Assembly (NCBI GenBank): GCA_965238005.1
Contig: OZ250165.1
Coordinates: 2,592,001-2,656,000 of the forward strand
Origin: Longimicrobiales bacterium
Lineage (GTDB): Bacteria; Gemmatimonadota; Gemmatimonadetes; Longimicrobiales; Gaopeijiaceae
Reading direction: 5' to 3'
DNA: 64,000 bases
Positions 49,950-59,788 of the stretch are shown here, piece after piece. Position numbers and translations under genes: made by a program. How positions within the stretch are numbered: the stretch's first letter is position 1; every line of letters begins with the position of its first letter. The notes below the pieces were generated by a model, which saw only the letters and a list, made by a program, of their open reading frames with translations, made no database searches and had not been told where the DNA came from.

Positions 49950-50920
49950 GATCTCCTCCAGGCCCTAAGGCGGGCGCTGCGGGCTCGTGGATTACGGACC
50001 ACCTCGATCTCGCTCGGACCGAGCGGGGCGCGCGTCAACGTGCTTCCGAGGGGCTCACCACGGCACGTGCAGACCGGGAAACCCGGAGGGCACACACACG
50101 AGCGGCTCCACTCCCGAAACGCGTTCTTCACCAGCCGATCCTCCAGCGAGTGATACGAGATCACCACGAGGGTAGCCCCAGGGCTCAGTGCCTCCCGGAT
50201 TCTCGTAAGGCCGTGCTCCAGGGCCTCCAGCTCTCTGTTCACAGCTATTCTCAATGCCTGGAAGAGCCTTGCCTTCTCCTTCGCCTTGGGCGTGCGGCCC
50301 AGCGCTCTGGAGTAGGCTGCCACGAGGTCGTCGCTGGTCCGGAAGGGCGCGTCGACCCTGCGGCCCACCACCTCCCGCGCCAGCCGGCGTGCCCGGGGCT
50401 CTTCTCCGTACTCATGGAAGATTCGGGCCAGATCGCCCTCGCTGGCCTCGTTCAGGATCTGGGCCGCAGTCGGGACCTCCTCTTCCCCGCCCGCCATGCG
50501 CATGTCGAGGTCGACGTCCCGACGGAAGGCGAATCCCCTTTCGTCGGCATCGAGCTGGTGGGAGCTCACACCCAGGTCCAGGAGCGCCCCGGCCAGCGGC
50601 TCGACCGGCGACGCCTCGTCGAGCGCTTCATCGAAGCGCGCCTGCAGGAATCGGACTCGTCCGCCGAACTGGGCCAGAGCGGCCTCTGCCGCAGCCAGCG
50701 CTTCGGGGTCACGATCCACGGCGATGACCCGGCACTCTGCGCACATCTCGAGCAGCAGACGGGAATGCCCACCTCCGCCCACAGTTCCGTCCAGGTAGAG
50801 GCCGGACCCGGACGGCTCCATCAACTCCATCACCTCGGTGGCCATGACCGGCTCGTGATATCGCACTCGATGCTCCGCCCGTTCGGTTACCGTCTCAGCG
50901 GCTCGCATGATGAGAGCCAC
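49946..50920 (-). CDS. rsmH: 16S rRNA m4C1402 methyltransferase
   Basis: HEPVM, DGTVGGGGHS, DLGVSSHQLD, SYHSLEDR and NPRARSA; start uncertain. Confidence 0.96.
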   Translation of the reverse strand: MALIMRAAETVTERAEHRVRYHEPVMATEVMELMEPSGSGLYLDGTVGGGGHSRLLLEMCAECRVIAVDRDPEALAAAEAALAQFGGRVRFLQARFDEALDEASPVEPLAGALLDLGVSSHQLDADERGFAFRRDVDLDMRMAGGEEEVPTAAQILNEASEGDLARIFHEYGEEPRARRLAREVVGRRVDAPFRTSDDLVAAYSRALGRTPKAKEKARLFQALRIAVNRELEALEHGLTRIREALSPGATLVVISYHSLEDRLVKNAFREWSRSCVCPPGFPVCTCRGEPLGSTLTRAPLGPSEIEVVRNPRARSARLRAWRRS

Positions 50921-50923
50921 GGG

Positions 50924-51364
50924 TCACCCGAAGATCTGGTTGGAGAACTTCTCGAACTCTCCGGTCCCGGTCCGGACCGCCTCATCGAAGCGCGCCGGAT
51001 TCCAGAGCTCCACGCGGTCGATGTTACCGACGAGCAAGACCCGTTCCTCCAGGCTCGCCGCCTCCTGCAACCACGCCGGGACGAGGATGCGTCCTTGCTT
51101 GTCCGGGGTGACCTCCACAGCGCTCGCCGCGATGGCGAGTACGTCTCCCCAGGCCTCCGGCTGGTTCCGGCGGAACGTGAGCAGGCGCTCCTGGGTCTGG
51201 GCCCAGGCGCGCTGGGGAAAGAGCGTGAGAGCAGGCGGTTTCCACTGGAGCAGCACGAAGCGGTCGCCCTTGGCCTCCCGGCGAAACGCCGAGGGCAAGC
51301 TGACCCGCCCCTTCTGGTCCAGTTGGTACACGTATCTGCCCAGAAAACTCGTCACACGTGTCAC
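50924..51364 (-). CDS. mraZ: Division/cell wall cluster transcriptional repressor MraZ
   Basis: DQKGRVSLP and DKQGRILVP duplicated AbrB-like motifs. Confidence 0.95.
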   Translation of the reverse strand: MTRVTSFLGRYVYQLDQKGRVSLPSAFRREAKGDRFVLLQWKPPALTLFPQRAWAQTQERLLTFRRNQPEAWGDVLAIAASAVEVTPDKQGRILVPAWLQEAASLEERVLLVGNIDRVELWNPARFDEAVRTGTGEFEKFSNQIFG

Positions 51365-51365
51365 T

Positions 51366-51435
51366 CTGTGGGTAAGTGTGGTGAAAAGTGGTAAGCACTG
51401 GACCCATAATACGACCGGGCTTAGAGGACAGTCAA
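51366..51435 (-). promoter_or_regulatory. dcw sigma-70 promoter with MraZ-box-like repeats
   Basis: TTGACT (51435-51430)-N18-TATTAT (51411-51406) on the minus strand; GTGG at 10-bp spacing (51368, 51378, 51388; CTGG at 51398) on the plus strand. Confidence 0.75.
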
Positions 51436-51706
51436 GCCTTTTTGTGAGAGATAGTTTTCGGTTTTTCTTTGGGGTCCGGATTCAGATGGGAACCCTGCAA
51501 GAGACCACTGCTCAGATACTTAGGGCTCTGGACCTCGTCCCGGCTGGGAGGCGTATTCAGGAAGTTTCGGGAGACGTTTTCCGGTAAACTCCGCCCTCCC
51601 CACTCCTCCCCACCACTCGACGTGTTCCCCTGGGGGTGGAAGGGCGGCAGCCAGGACGGTGGGATTCCCTGGAAGACACAGGCAGGCCGGACGTATGGCC
51701 ACCAAA

Positions 51707-51746
51707 GAAAAAGTGCCGCAGGGAGCGATCCCCACGGCGCTTTTTC
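51707..51746 (-). terminator. Rho-independent (possibly bidirectional) terminator after the TPR gene
   Basis: Minus strand GAAAAAGCGCCGTGGGGA-TCGC-TCCCTGCGGCACTTTTTC. Confidence 0.8.
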
Positions 51747-51768
51747 GCGCGACTCTGAGCGGTGAACC

Positions 51769-53517
51769 CTACCGGCCCCGCTTGATGATCGCCTCTTGGA
51801 TTTCGATGTACGTGCCCGCCGCATCGATGAACTGCAGATAGTTGATCGACGACGTCCGGTCGGCGTAGCCCTTGGATCGTCGGAAGAGCGTCAGCGCCTG
51901 CTGGAATATGGGCAGGGACCGGTTGGCCGTCTCCAGCGTCTCCTGTGATCCGACCGCCATCGCCCGGTAGTAGAGGCTGTAAGCGTGCCAGAAGTCGAAC
52001 TGCTCACGGGTCTGAGTTGTGACCTCGAACTCCTTGGCCTTGCGGATCAGCTCGATGAAGCGAGCGTAATTCTTCTGGGTAGGCTGGATGTTGGTCGAGT
52101 AGGCGTGGCTGAAGATCATGTTCGCCGCCCCATCCGCAGCAGAGCCATGCGTAACCGCACGATGCAGCACCGGCACCGCGTCATCGATGCGCCCGAGATC
52201 GATCAGCCAGTTCCCCATCCGCAGGTGCAGGTTCGGCCAGTCCGGGTCGATGCCCTCGATGGTGGAGAGGGCCTCTACGGCCTCGTCGATCTCACCGTTC
52301 TCCTTCAGGGCCTCCGCATAGATGGCCCAGAGCGTCGCCTCTTCGGCGTGCGACTCCAGCGCACGGCTGGAGAACTCGGCCGACGCCGCAGCGTCGCCCA
52401 GTTGGAGGTGGGCCGCGGCCACATTGCGTAGCTGGGTGACCAGGATCTCCTCACCCTTGGCCTCGAAGACCTTTTCGTACGCCCCGATGGCCTTGCGGTA
52501 GAGGTCGGCCACCTCCTGGGTCATGCCGTCTCCACCGTCGATCTGTGCTTTCTTGCGGACCTGCTCGGCGCCGGCGAAGGCGAAGTTCCCGACCTGCTCG
52601 TAGTAGTCGATGTTCTCCGGGTCGACCGCGATGCCCTCGTCGATGAGCTCCATGCCTCCGAGGGGGTCACCCTCCTGGGCCAGGTCATAGGCGACCTTCA
52701 TGCGCACCGAGGCGTTGGTCGGGTCGAGCTCCAGGTATTGGCGATAGTAGGCGCGAGCCGACCGCTCGTCGCCGAGGTTGATGGCCAGAAAGCCACCCAG
52801 GAGAAGCGCGTTCTCATGGAAGGGATCCTGCTCCAACAGACGCTTGATTTCTTCCAGCGACTCCTCGAAGCGATCCGTCTGGCGAAGCACGTCGGCACGA
52901 GTATAGCGAACCGAGTTCGCGCTGGGGTTCAGCTCGAGCGCCCGATCGCAGTTCTCGAGAGAGTTGTCCCACTGCTGGCTCTGGGCGTAGTCGCCGCAGA
53001 ACACAGCGACGCGAGTCTGCTCGACGAACAGCTTGAACCGATCGACGATCTGTGCCGCCGCCTGTTCTTCCTGCTTGTCGGCTGACGTAACGGCGTCGAC
53101 GACGAACTCCTCTCCGGTGCTGGTATCCACGAACTTGATGTTCTGGATATTCCACCGTTGCTTGGTCCCGGTGTACTCAGCACACAGCACGACCTCGTAG
53201 TTGGTCTGCTGCGCGAGCTGACGGGCCCGGATGCAGTTGAGGTCTTCCATCTTCATGTCGAACCGCTTGAGGGCGTCCTTGATCTCCTTCTCGCTCACGG
53301 CGGCGTGCGTATTCAGATCGCTGATCTGGTCCCTGAGCTTGTCGGCCAGCTTCTCACCGAAGCCTTTGTTCTCCCCGTTCATGGGGTGGACGTCGGGAAT
53401 GAGAACCCGAAAGCGGCCGCTCACGGTCTGCTGGGCCTCAACGGCCGTGCTACCCGTCACAGGCAACGCGAATAGCACGGCTGCGATAACACCCAGACGG
53501 CGACGTCCGGTCATCAT
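51769..53517 (-). CDS. Secreted tetratricopeptide repeat protein
   Basis: Signal peptide (AVEA-QQ); repeated TPR-like helices (ALELNP, LELDP, IAVDP, IDPDW). Confidence 0.85.
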   Translation of the reverse strand: MMTGRRRLGVIAAVLFALPVTGSTAVEAQQTVSGRFRVLIPDVHPMNGENKGFGEKLADKLRDQISDLNTHAAVSEKEIKDALKRFDMKMEDLNCIRARQLAQQTNYEVVLCAEYTGTKQRWNIQNIKFVDTSTGEEFVVDAVTSADKQEEQAAAQIVDRFKLFVEQTRVAVFCGDYAQSQQWDNSLENCDRALELNPSANSVRYTRADVLRQTDRFEESLEEIKRLLEQDPFHENALLLGGFLAINLGDERSARAYYRQYLELDPTNASVRMKVAYDLAQEGDPLGGMELIDEGIAVDPENIDYYEQVGNFAFAGAEQVRKKAQIDGGDGMTQEVADLYRKAIGAYEKVFEAKGEEILVTQLRNVAAAHLQLGDAAASAEFSSRALESHAEEATLWAIYAEALKENGEIDEAVEALSTIEGIDPDWPNLHLRMGNWLIDLGRIDDAVPVLHRAVTHGSAADGAANMIFSHAYSTNIQPTQKNYARFIELIRKAKEFEVTTQTREQFDFWHAYSLYYRAMAVGSQETLETANRSLPIFQQALTLFRRSKGYADRTSSINYLQFIDAAGTYIEIQEAIIKRGR

Positions 53518-54000
53518 CCTCACTCCTGGATGGAGCCCTGAAAACGTTGGCTCCTGCGGTCCCACCTGGGGCACCTCAGGAGCTTTGGCGAACTGATGGC
53601 CTCTTCATGGCTGTTGGTCTGGCATACAACATATACGGGGCGCAGACAAGGTCAACTGCCTTCTTCACATCCCTTCGTTTGTTTCATACCGCCGCAAGGC
53701 CCATTTTGTTACAATGCATGATTCCACGGTAGTGAGTGAATACTTCTGAGCCGGCGGGGTGCCCGACCCGCGCAGCTCCCCATCCTCGTCGACTCTCCCC
53801 AACCCCGACGCGCGGACTGTCCTCGGGAAAGGGGCCGTCCCACCCTTCGATCGCCGAGCGAATGGCGACTTCCCCTCGAGGCGGCCCCGGTGAGGGAGCT
53901 CGCCGTGAAGGCGTGGCGTCGTACGACTGGATCTCAGTGGCGCATTGGGCTTAGTCTTCGAGAGGGGGCGAGGCCATCTCCACCGTTCGTCAGGAGCCAC

Positions 54001-54867
54001 GTGTTGAATCCGCACCAATCATCGGCCTGCCTCGTGACTTCCGCCGGCCTCTGCACCATGGTCTTGCTCCCCGTAGTCGTGGCCAGCGCTTGCGTCGCCG
54101 GAGGAGGTCCGCCCTCGGCGGTCGTGGTCGCACCGGAGTCCGTGTGGCAGCGTCTGAACCGGCCGCGGCCCCAGCCCCTGGCCGACGCCCCCCGGATATC
54201 CGTGGCCGAACTGGTCCTTCTTGGAAGCGCTTGGCCCGGCGAGTCTGCGGTGTCGCCGTCCATCGGGCTTCAAGAGCTGGTGGCCGCGGGGCTGATTCGC
54301 CGCCGGGACGTACAGTTCGTGGAGCGGAGACGCTTCGCGGCCGCCGTGGAGCGAGAAGCCCAGGGCCTGCCCCGACTGCGGAACTCGCCGCCCACCGGAG
54401 TCTCCCTCGGGGCCGAGCTCCAGCTCGCGGGAAGCTGGATCCCCACCGGCGATTCGGCCACGCTGGACCTGAGGTTGGTCGATGTAGAGACCAGCGCGGT
54501 GGTGGCGGGTTGGAGGACCACGACCCCACAGGGGATCGATCCAACGAGTGTGGCCCGGACCATCGTCGGGTCCACGGTCTCCGCCCTTCGGGGCCTGGGC
54601 CGTGTAACGGTGTGGAGTGATCCACTGGTGAGCGACGCCGTCGATCCCGCTCCTACCACCTTCACCCCCTCCGGAGTGCCGGCGGAAGCCGTGGCCGCAT
54701 TCTTCCGGGGCGTCGAAGCCGAAGACCGGTTCGACTGGGAGGAAGCACGCCGTGCCTACCAGGAGGCCACGGAAATCGCGGCCCCCGCTTTCTTCGAGCC
54801 CGATGTGGCTTTGGCCCGGGCGGCCCGACTGCGGGCCGGAGGGACGCTGGGCGCCAGCGACGATTGA
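54001..54867 (+). CDS. Putative lipoprotein with CsgG/FlgO-like alpha/beta domain
   Basis: AGGAG RBS before GTG 54001; ASAC lipobox; VQFVERR...LDLRLVDVET pattern. Confidence 0.6.
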   Translation: MLNPHQSSACLVTSAGLCTMVLLPVVVASACVAGGGPPSAVVVAPESVWQRLNRPRPQPLADAPRISVAELVLLGSAWPGESAVSPSIGLQELVAAGLIRRRDVQFVERRRFAAAVEREAQGLPRLRNSPPTGVSLGAELQLAGSWIPTGDSATLDLRLVDVETSAVVAGWRTTTPQGIDPTSVARTIVGSTVSALRGLGRVTVWSDPLVSDAVDPAPTTFTPSGVPAEAVAAFFRGVEAEDRFDWEEARRAYQEATEIAAPAFFEPDVALARAARLRAGGTLGASDD

Positions 54868-54952
54868 GGGTGGCCGGGAAGCTCTCGTGGCCACGCCCGA
54901 ACCCAGACGGTACCTTCCTCGACCGGAAGTCTCACCGAAGCCGTTGGAGTCG

Positions 54953-57040
54953 ATGCCGAACGGAGACCTCCTTCACGTCCTGCTGGTCGAGGACAATCCC
55001 GGTGAGCGGTGGTTGTTCTCTGAGATCCTCCGCTCCCGCGGGCACGTCGTCACGGCATGCGAGGACGGGGAGGCGGCGTGGGATGCGTTCCAGGAACAGT
55101 TCGCTCATCTGTTGCTGCTGGACCTCGTCCTCCCCGGCATCGACGGGCTGGAGCTCACCCGGCGCATACGCGAGAGCCCGGGAGGAGACCAACCGGTCAT
55201 CCTCGTGGTGACGGGAAAGAATGAGCCCGACGTCCTCGAGTCGGTACTGGAGGCCGGTGCCAACGATTACGTGGCCAAGCCCGTGGACATCGCCCTGCTC
55301 AACATCCGCCTGGCCGTGGCGGAGCGCGAGGTCCAGACGCAGGCGGAGCGGAAGGCGACCCAGGCTGAGCTGCACGCCACGACCAGCGAGCTGAGCACCC
55401 TCTTCGAGAACCTGGACGAGGTCTTCTTCTCGGTGGACGTCCCCGAGGATCGCCTCATTCAGGTGTCACCGGCCGCTCAGGCGGTCCTCGGCGTCAAGCC
55501 CGAAGAGCTCTTGGAGAACCCGGACCTGTGGCACGAGGTCCTCTATCCTGCCGTACTCACGAACGCGGACTCGATCCTCGTCCAGGTGGATCCGGGCGAC
55601 TCCTTCGCGCACAGCTACCAAACACAGACGTCCACGGGAGAGGATCGTTGGGTCGAGGCCACCCTCAAGCCCCACCTTGGGAAGGACGGATGCCTCGGCC
55701 GCATCGACGGCATCATATCGGACGTGACGGACCGGCATCAGGCCCAGGAAGAGCTGGCCGCACAGAATGAGGAGCTCACCACCCTGTACCGTATCTCCGA
55801 GCTCTCTCTCGCGGCCGAGAGCCTCGGAGAGGCCTTGGACGACATTCTCGAGGAGGTGAGCCGGGTCACCCGCTTCCCCATCGTCGCGATCGAGCGCTAC
55901 GACGCGGAGCGGGACGTCATGGTCTTCACCGCCGCCAAGGGGCTCACGCTGCCGGAGGATGGGGAGCCACTCGTGATCCCCGTGTACAAGACCCTTTCCG
56001 GCGTCGCCGTTCAGAAGCGTCAGCCGGTGGTGGAGCGGGATGCCCGTTTCAAGAAGCGTCATGCGGCGGATGTCTTTCACGACCTCGGCGTGCAGACGTA
56101 CATGGCTTTTCCCATGGTGATCGGCGGCGACGTGGTCGGCACTTTGACGCTGGCCCACACTGAGGCCGTGGAGCCGGATCGGTGGGTCATGCGTCTGGCG
56201 ACCAGCCTGGCGCACACCATTGCGGGGCTCATGGAGCGGGTGGGTGCGGCCCAAACGCTCAGAGAGAGTGAGACGGAGTTCCGAACCCTCGCCGGACAGC
56301 TGCAGCAGGCCAACGACCAGCTCGAAGCCTTTGCGTACTCGATCTCCCACGATCTGCGCACACCCCTCCGCACCATGACCGGCTTCGCCCACGCCCTTAT
56401 GGACACCCTGGGCGAGGGCGCGAACAGAGACGCGAAGCACTTCGCCGAGAGGATCATCGTGTCGGGCGCCTGGGCCGAGGACCTGATCTCCGACCTCCTG
56501 GACTACAGCCGCCTGAGCTTCGAAGCGCTGGAGCTTCAGCCCATCGACCTGAAGGAGGTCATCAGCACCGTCATGGAGCAGGTGGGACCGGCGCTGAAGG
56601 AGGTCGAAACGGAGATCACCATAGACGGAGACCTTCCCACGGTCATGGCCCAGAAGACCATCCTCGCGCAGATCCTGGCCAACCTGGTGACCAACGCGGC
56701 CAAGTTCGTGCCCGAGGAGCGCTCCCCCGAAATCGTCATCCGATGCGATGAGCGGGAGGAGCGCGTGCGAGTCTGGGTGGAAGACAACGGGATCGGTGTT
56801 CCCGAGGGTCAGGAGGACCGGATCTTCGGCGTCTTCGAGCGGCTCGACCAAGCCTCCGACCGGCCCGGTACCGGAATCGGACTGGCCATCGTCCGCCGGG
56901 GCATGGAGCGTATCGGCGGGGAGACAGGAGTCGAGCGACGGGCCGTGGGGAGCGCCTTCTGGGTCGACATTCCCAAGGAGCTCAAGCGGGGCTGGCGGCC
57001 CTGGGTCCGACACCGGGACCGAGCCGACACCGAGTCATGA
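54953..57040 (+). CDS. Hybrid sensor histidine kinase (REC-PAS-GAF-HisKA-HATPase)
   Basis: LLVED, LLLLDLVLPGIDG and YVAKP receiver; SHDLRTPL H-box; NAAKF, DNGIG and GTGIGLAI. Confidence 0.93.
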   Translation: MPNGDLLHVLLVEDNPGERWLFSEILRSRGHVVTACEDGEAAWDAFQEQFAHLLLLDLVLPGIDGLELTRRIRESPGGDQPVILVVTGKNEPDVLESVLEAGANDYVAKPVDIALLNIRLAVAEREVQTQAERKATQAELHATTSELSTLFENLDEVFFSVDVPEDRLIQVSPAAQAVLGVKPEELLENPDLWHEVLYPAVLTNADSILVQVDPGDSFAHSYQTQTSTGEDRWVEATLKPHLGKDGCLGRIDGIISDVTDRHQAQEELAAQNEELTTLYRISELSLAAESLGEALDDILEEVSRVTRFPIVAIERYDAERDVMVFTAAKGLTLPEDGEPLVIPVYKTLSGVAVQKRQPVVERDARFKKRHAADVFHDLGVQTYMAFPMVIGGDVVGTLTLAHTEAVEPDRWVMRLATSLAHTIAGLMERVGAAQTLRESETEFRTLAGQLQQANDQLEAFAYSISHDLRTPLRTMTGFAHALMDTLGEGANRDAKHFAERIIVSGAWAEDLISDLLDYSRLSFEALELQPIDLKEVISTVMEQVGPALKEVETEITIDGDLPTVMAQKTILAQILANLVTNAAKFVPEERSPEIVIRCDEREERVRVWVEDNGIGVPEGQEDRIFGVFERLDQASDRPGTGIGLAIVRRGMERIGGETGVERRAVGSAFWVDIPKELKRGWRPWVRHRDRADTES

Positions 57041-57172
57041 TGTGCAAGCGGCCCCAGCCGGGGGCCGTCTCCCGGTAAGATCTGGCCGGGGGATCCCGAG
57101 CGCGCTTGCCCGGGGCGTACGTGGATCCGAAGTTTCGCGTATCCTTCGAGTCTACTACACACGGGAGAGTGC

Positions 57173-58000
57173 ATGTTCGAAGGCCCCTTCGAGCTTGATC
57201 CGACGCTTTCAGAAGCGCCCTACGACACCGGACCCGGTGACCCCGCGCCAGCTGGGAAGCTTGAGATCATCGGCCACCGAGGCTACGCGGCAGTGGCACC
57301 CGAGAACACCCTAGCCTCCCTCGAAGCCGCGCTGGCGGCCGGCGTCCGGGCAGTTGAGTTCGACTTGCACGTAGCGTCGTGCGGGACCCCCGTTCTGTTC
57401 CACGACGTGAACCTCGGCCGCACTACGAACGGCGTGGGACCGGTGCGACGCCGGACCCTGGGACAGCTCCAGGCCCTGGACGCCGGCAAGTGGTTCTCGG
57501 CCGCATTCGCCGGAGAGAAGGTCCCCTCCCTGACGGAGGCTCTCGACGCGCTCAATGGTCGGGTCGATCGCATCTACCCGGAGGTGAAGGGGTTCCGAGA
57601 GCTGGAGGATCTGGACCGCATGGTCCGCCTGGTTCGTGAGGCCGACCTCGTAGATAGGACAACCTTCATCGGCATGGACTGGAACATCCTGGACCGCATT
57701 CGTGGTCAGGAGCCGGGCTTGGGCATCGGCTTCATCGTCGAGACCGCCGATCGGTTCGATGAAGCCTTGGAGCGTGCCAAGAAGGACTCGAAGGCCATTC
57801 TCGACCTGAGTCACAGCCTCGCCCTCGAGGACCCGTCCATGGTCGAGCGGACGCGAGAGGCGGGGATCGATGTGGCCGTATGGACCGTCAACGATCCCGA
57901 CGAGGCGACACGCCTCGGGGAGGTCGGGGTCACACGTTTCACCACCGACCACGTCGAGCGGCTCCTCCAATGGGGTCGGCTTCTGAACCGCGACGCGTGA
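57173..58000 (+). CDS. Glycerophosphodiester phosphodiesterase (GlpQ/UgpQ family)
   Basis: IGHRG, PENT, VEFD, HD, EVK, WTVND and TTD. Confidence 0.92.
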   Translation: MFEGPFELDPTLSEAPYDTGPGDPAPAGKLEIIGHRGYAAVAPENTLASLEAALAAGVRAVEFDLHVASCGTPVLFHDVNLGRTTNGVGPVRRRTLGQLQALDAGKWFSAAFAGEKVPSLTEALDALNGRVDRIYPEVKGFRELEDLDRMVRLVREADLVDRTTFIGMDWNILDRIRGQEPGLGIGFIVETADRFDEALERAKKDSKAILDLSHSLALEDPSMVERTREAGIDVAVWTVNDPDEATRLGEVGVTRFTTDHVERLLQWGRLLNRDA

Positions 58001-59649
58001 TGTCTTCGTCCCCCTTCGCGGGCTCTGCGGGTCGTTGGGAGGCCCTGGGAAAACTGGGCAGGCAGCGTCTCGACCTCCTGATCATCGGCGGCGGCATCAC
58101 AGGGTGCGGGGTCGCTCGTGACGCGGCTCTCCGGGGCTGGACCGTCGGCCTCGTGGAGAAGGAGGACTTCGGGTTCGGCACGTCCAGCCGCTCGTCGAAG
58201 ATCGTGCACGGTGGACTCCGGTACCTGGAGTACGGGCACTTCCTCCTTGTGAGGGAGGCGGCTCAGGAACGGGAGATTCTGCGCACTATCGCCCCTCACC
58301 TCGTGCATCCCCTGGCATTCATGTACCCGGTCTTCGAAGGTGAGAGCCTCATGAAGATTCGAGCCGGGCTGACCGTCTTCGATTACCTGGCCAGCACCGA
58401 CGGAAAGGACAAACACACGAACCTCTCTCCCGAAGAGGTCCGCGAGCAGCTCCCGGGACTCCGCGAGCGGCTCAAGGGAGGGGTCCGTTACCTCGAGTAC
58501 ATCACCGACGACGCCCGTCTCACCCTGGAGAACGCCCAGTCTGCGGCTCAGTATGGAGCGCTGGTGGTCAACCACGCCCGGGCCGGCGAGCTGAGGATGG
58601 AAAAGGGTCGAGTGGTCGGGTGCCAGGTGACCGACACTCTCGAGGGGACTGTGGTGGACGTGACAGCACGCGTCACGGTGAATGCCACCGGGGCCTGGTG
58701 CGGGGAAGTTCTGGCCGAGGGGGCGATAGCGACGGAGCACCCTCTCATCCCCAGCAAGGGCATCCACATTCTGCTGCGGGCCGAACGGCTCCCCATAACC
58801 GGGGCGACGTTCCTGCGGGCCACCAACGGCAAGCGCGGACTCGCCATGCGACGGCTTGACTACGTGTACGTGGGCACGACGGACACCGAGTACGATGGGC
58901 CACTGGACCGGCCTCGTGCCACCAGGGCCGACGTCGACGAGGTACTCGAGATGGTCCAGGACTGTTTTCCCGCTCAGAATCTCAGCCATGAGGACGTGCT
59001 GGCGACATGGGCCGGGGTGCGGCCTCTCATCCGCGAGGGGGGAAGAAGCACGCGGGATACCTCCCGCGAGGATGCAGTGTGGCACTCGCCTCCGGGCTTG
59101 ATCAGCATCGCGGGCGGAAAGCTCACCACGTACCGGCAGATGGCGCAGAGGGTCCTCGCAATTGCCGATGCCGAGCTGGGCCCGGCTCCGGGCCTTCCGG
59201 AACGCACGACCACAGTGCCGCTCCCGGGGGCGGACGTGGGGCCCGACGGGATGGACGAGTTCCGGGCGGATCGGAGCCGGAGTCTTTTGGAGATGGGCGT
59301 CGCGCCGGCGATCGTCGATCGCCTCTGCTGGCTCTACGGGAGGCAGTTGGACGACTTCATCGCCCTCGCCGCCGAAGACCCGTCCTGGCTCGAGCCGCTC
59401 CATCCCGACGTATCAGCTCTCAGAGCCGAAGTCCGGAACGCAGTGACCCACGAGATGGCCCGGACGCTCACGGACTTCATGGACCGGCGAGCGGCCCTCC
59501 TCCTCTTCAGCGACAACTTCGGCCTCGCGGCAGCCGAAGCCGCAGCCGACATCATGGCCGAGGCGTTGGGGTGGCATGCGGACCGCAAGACGCAGGAGCT
59601 CAAGGATTACCACGCCCTGGCCGTCGAGCACGGCTTCCCCTCCGACTGA
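58000..59649 (+). CDS. glpD: FAD-dependent glycerol-3-phosphate dehydrogenase
   Basis: IIGGGITG, GTSSRSSKIVHGGLRYLE, GTTD, WAGVRPL and GGKLTTYR. Confidence 0.92.
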   Translation: MSSSPFAGSAGRWEALGKLGRQRLDLLIIGGGITGCGVARDAALRGWTVGLVEKEDFGFGTSSRSSKIVHGGLRYLEYGHFLLVREAAQEREILRTIAPHLVHPLAFMYPVFEGESLMKIRAGLTVFDYLASTDGKDKHTNLSPEEVREQLPGLRERLKGGVRYLEYITDDARLTLENAQSAAQYGALVVNHARAGELRMEKGRVVGCQVTDTLEGTVVDVTARVTVNATGAWCGEVLAEGAIATEHPLIPSKGIHILLRAERLPITGATFLRATNGKRGLAMRRLDYVYVGTTDTEYDGPLDRPRATRADVDEVLEMVQDCFPAQNLSHEDVLATWAGVRPLIREGGRSTRDTSREDAVWHSPPGLISIAGGKLTTYRQMAQRVLAIADAELGPAPGLPERTTTVPLPGADVGPDGMDEFRADRSRSLLEMGVAPAIVDRLCWLYGRQLDDFIALAAEDPSWLEPLHPDVSALRAEVRNAVTHEMARTLTDFMDRRAALLLFSDNFGLAAAEAAADIMAEALGWHADRKTQELKDYHALAVEHGFPSD

Positions 59650-59720
59650 GCTGCGGGAGCACGACCCGGGCGGCCCGACCTCGTCCTGCGTCGCTCGCGC
59701 GTCTTCCACGCCCCGTCTCG

Positions 59721-59781
59721 TTGAACTCCGGCCCCCGATCCGCTACCATCGATGAGAGTTGAAAACGATTCTCAACCTCAT
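59721..59781 (+). promoter_or_regulatory. Sigma-70 promoter with downstream Fur-box-like operator
   Basis: TTGAAC-N17-TACCAT (59721-59749); GTTGAAAACGATTCTCAAC near-palindrome (59758-59776). Confidence 0.72.
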
Positions 59782-59788
59782 TTGCAAC

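Noticed and set aside
53600..54000. ncRNA in the long intergenic region between the TPR and lipoprotein genes
   Set aside because: No SRP, RNase P, tmRNA, 6S or riboswitch signature recognised; divergent promoters are a sufficient explanation.
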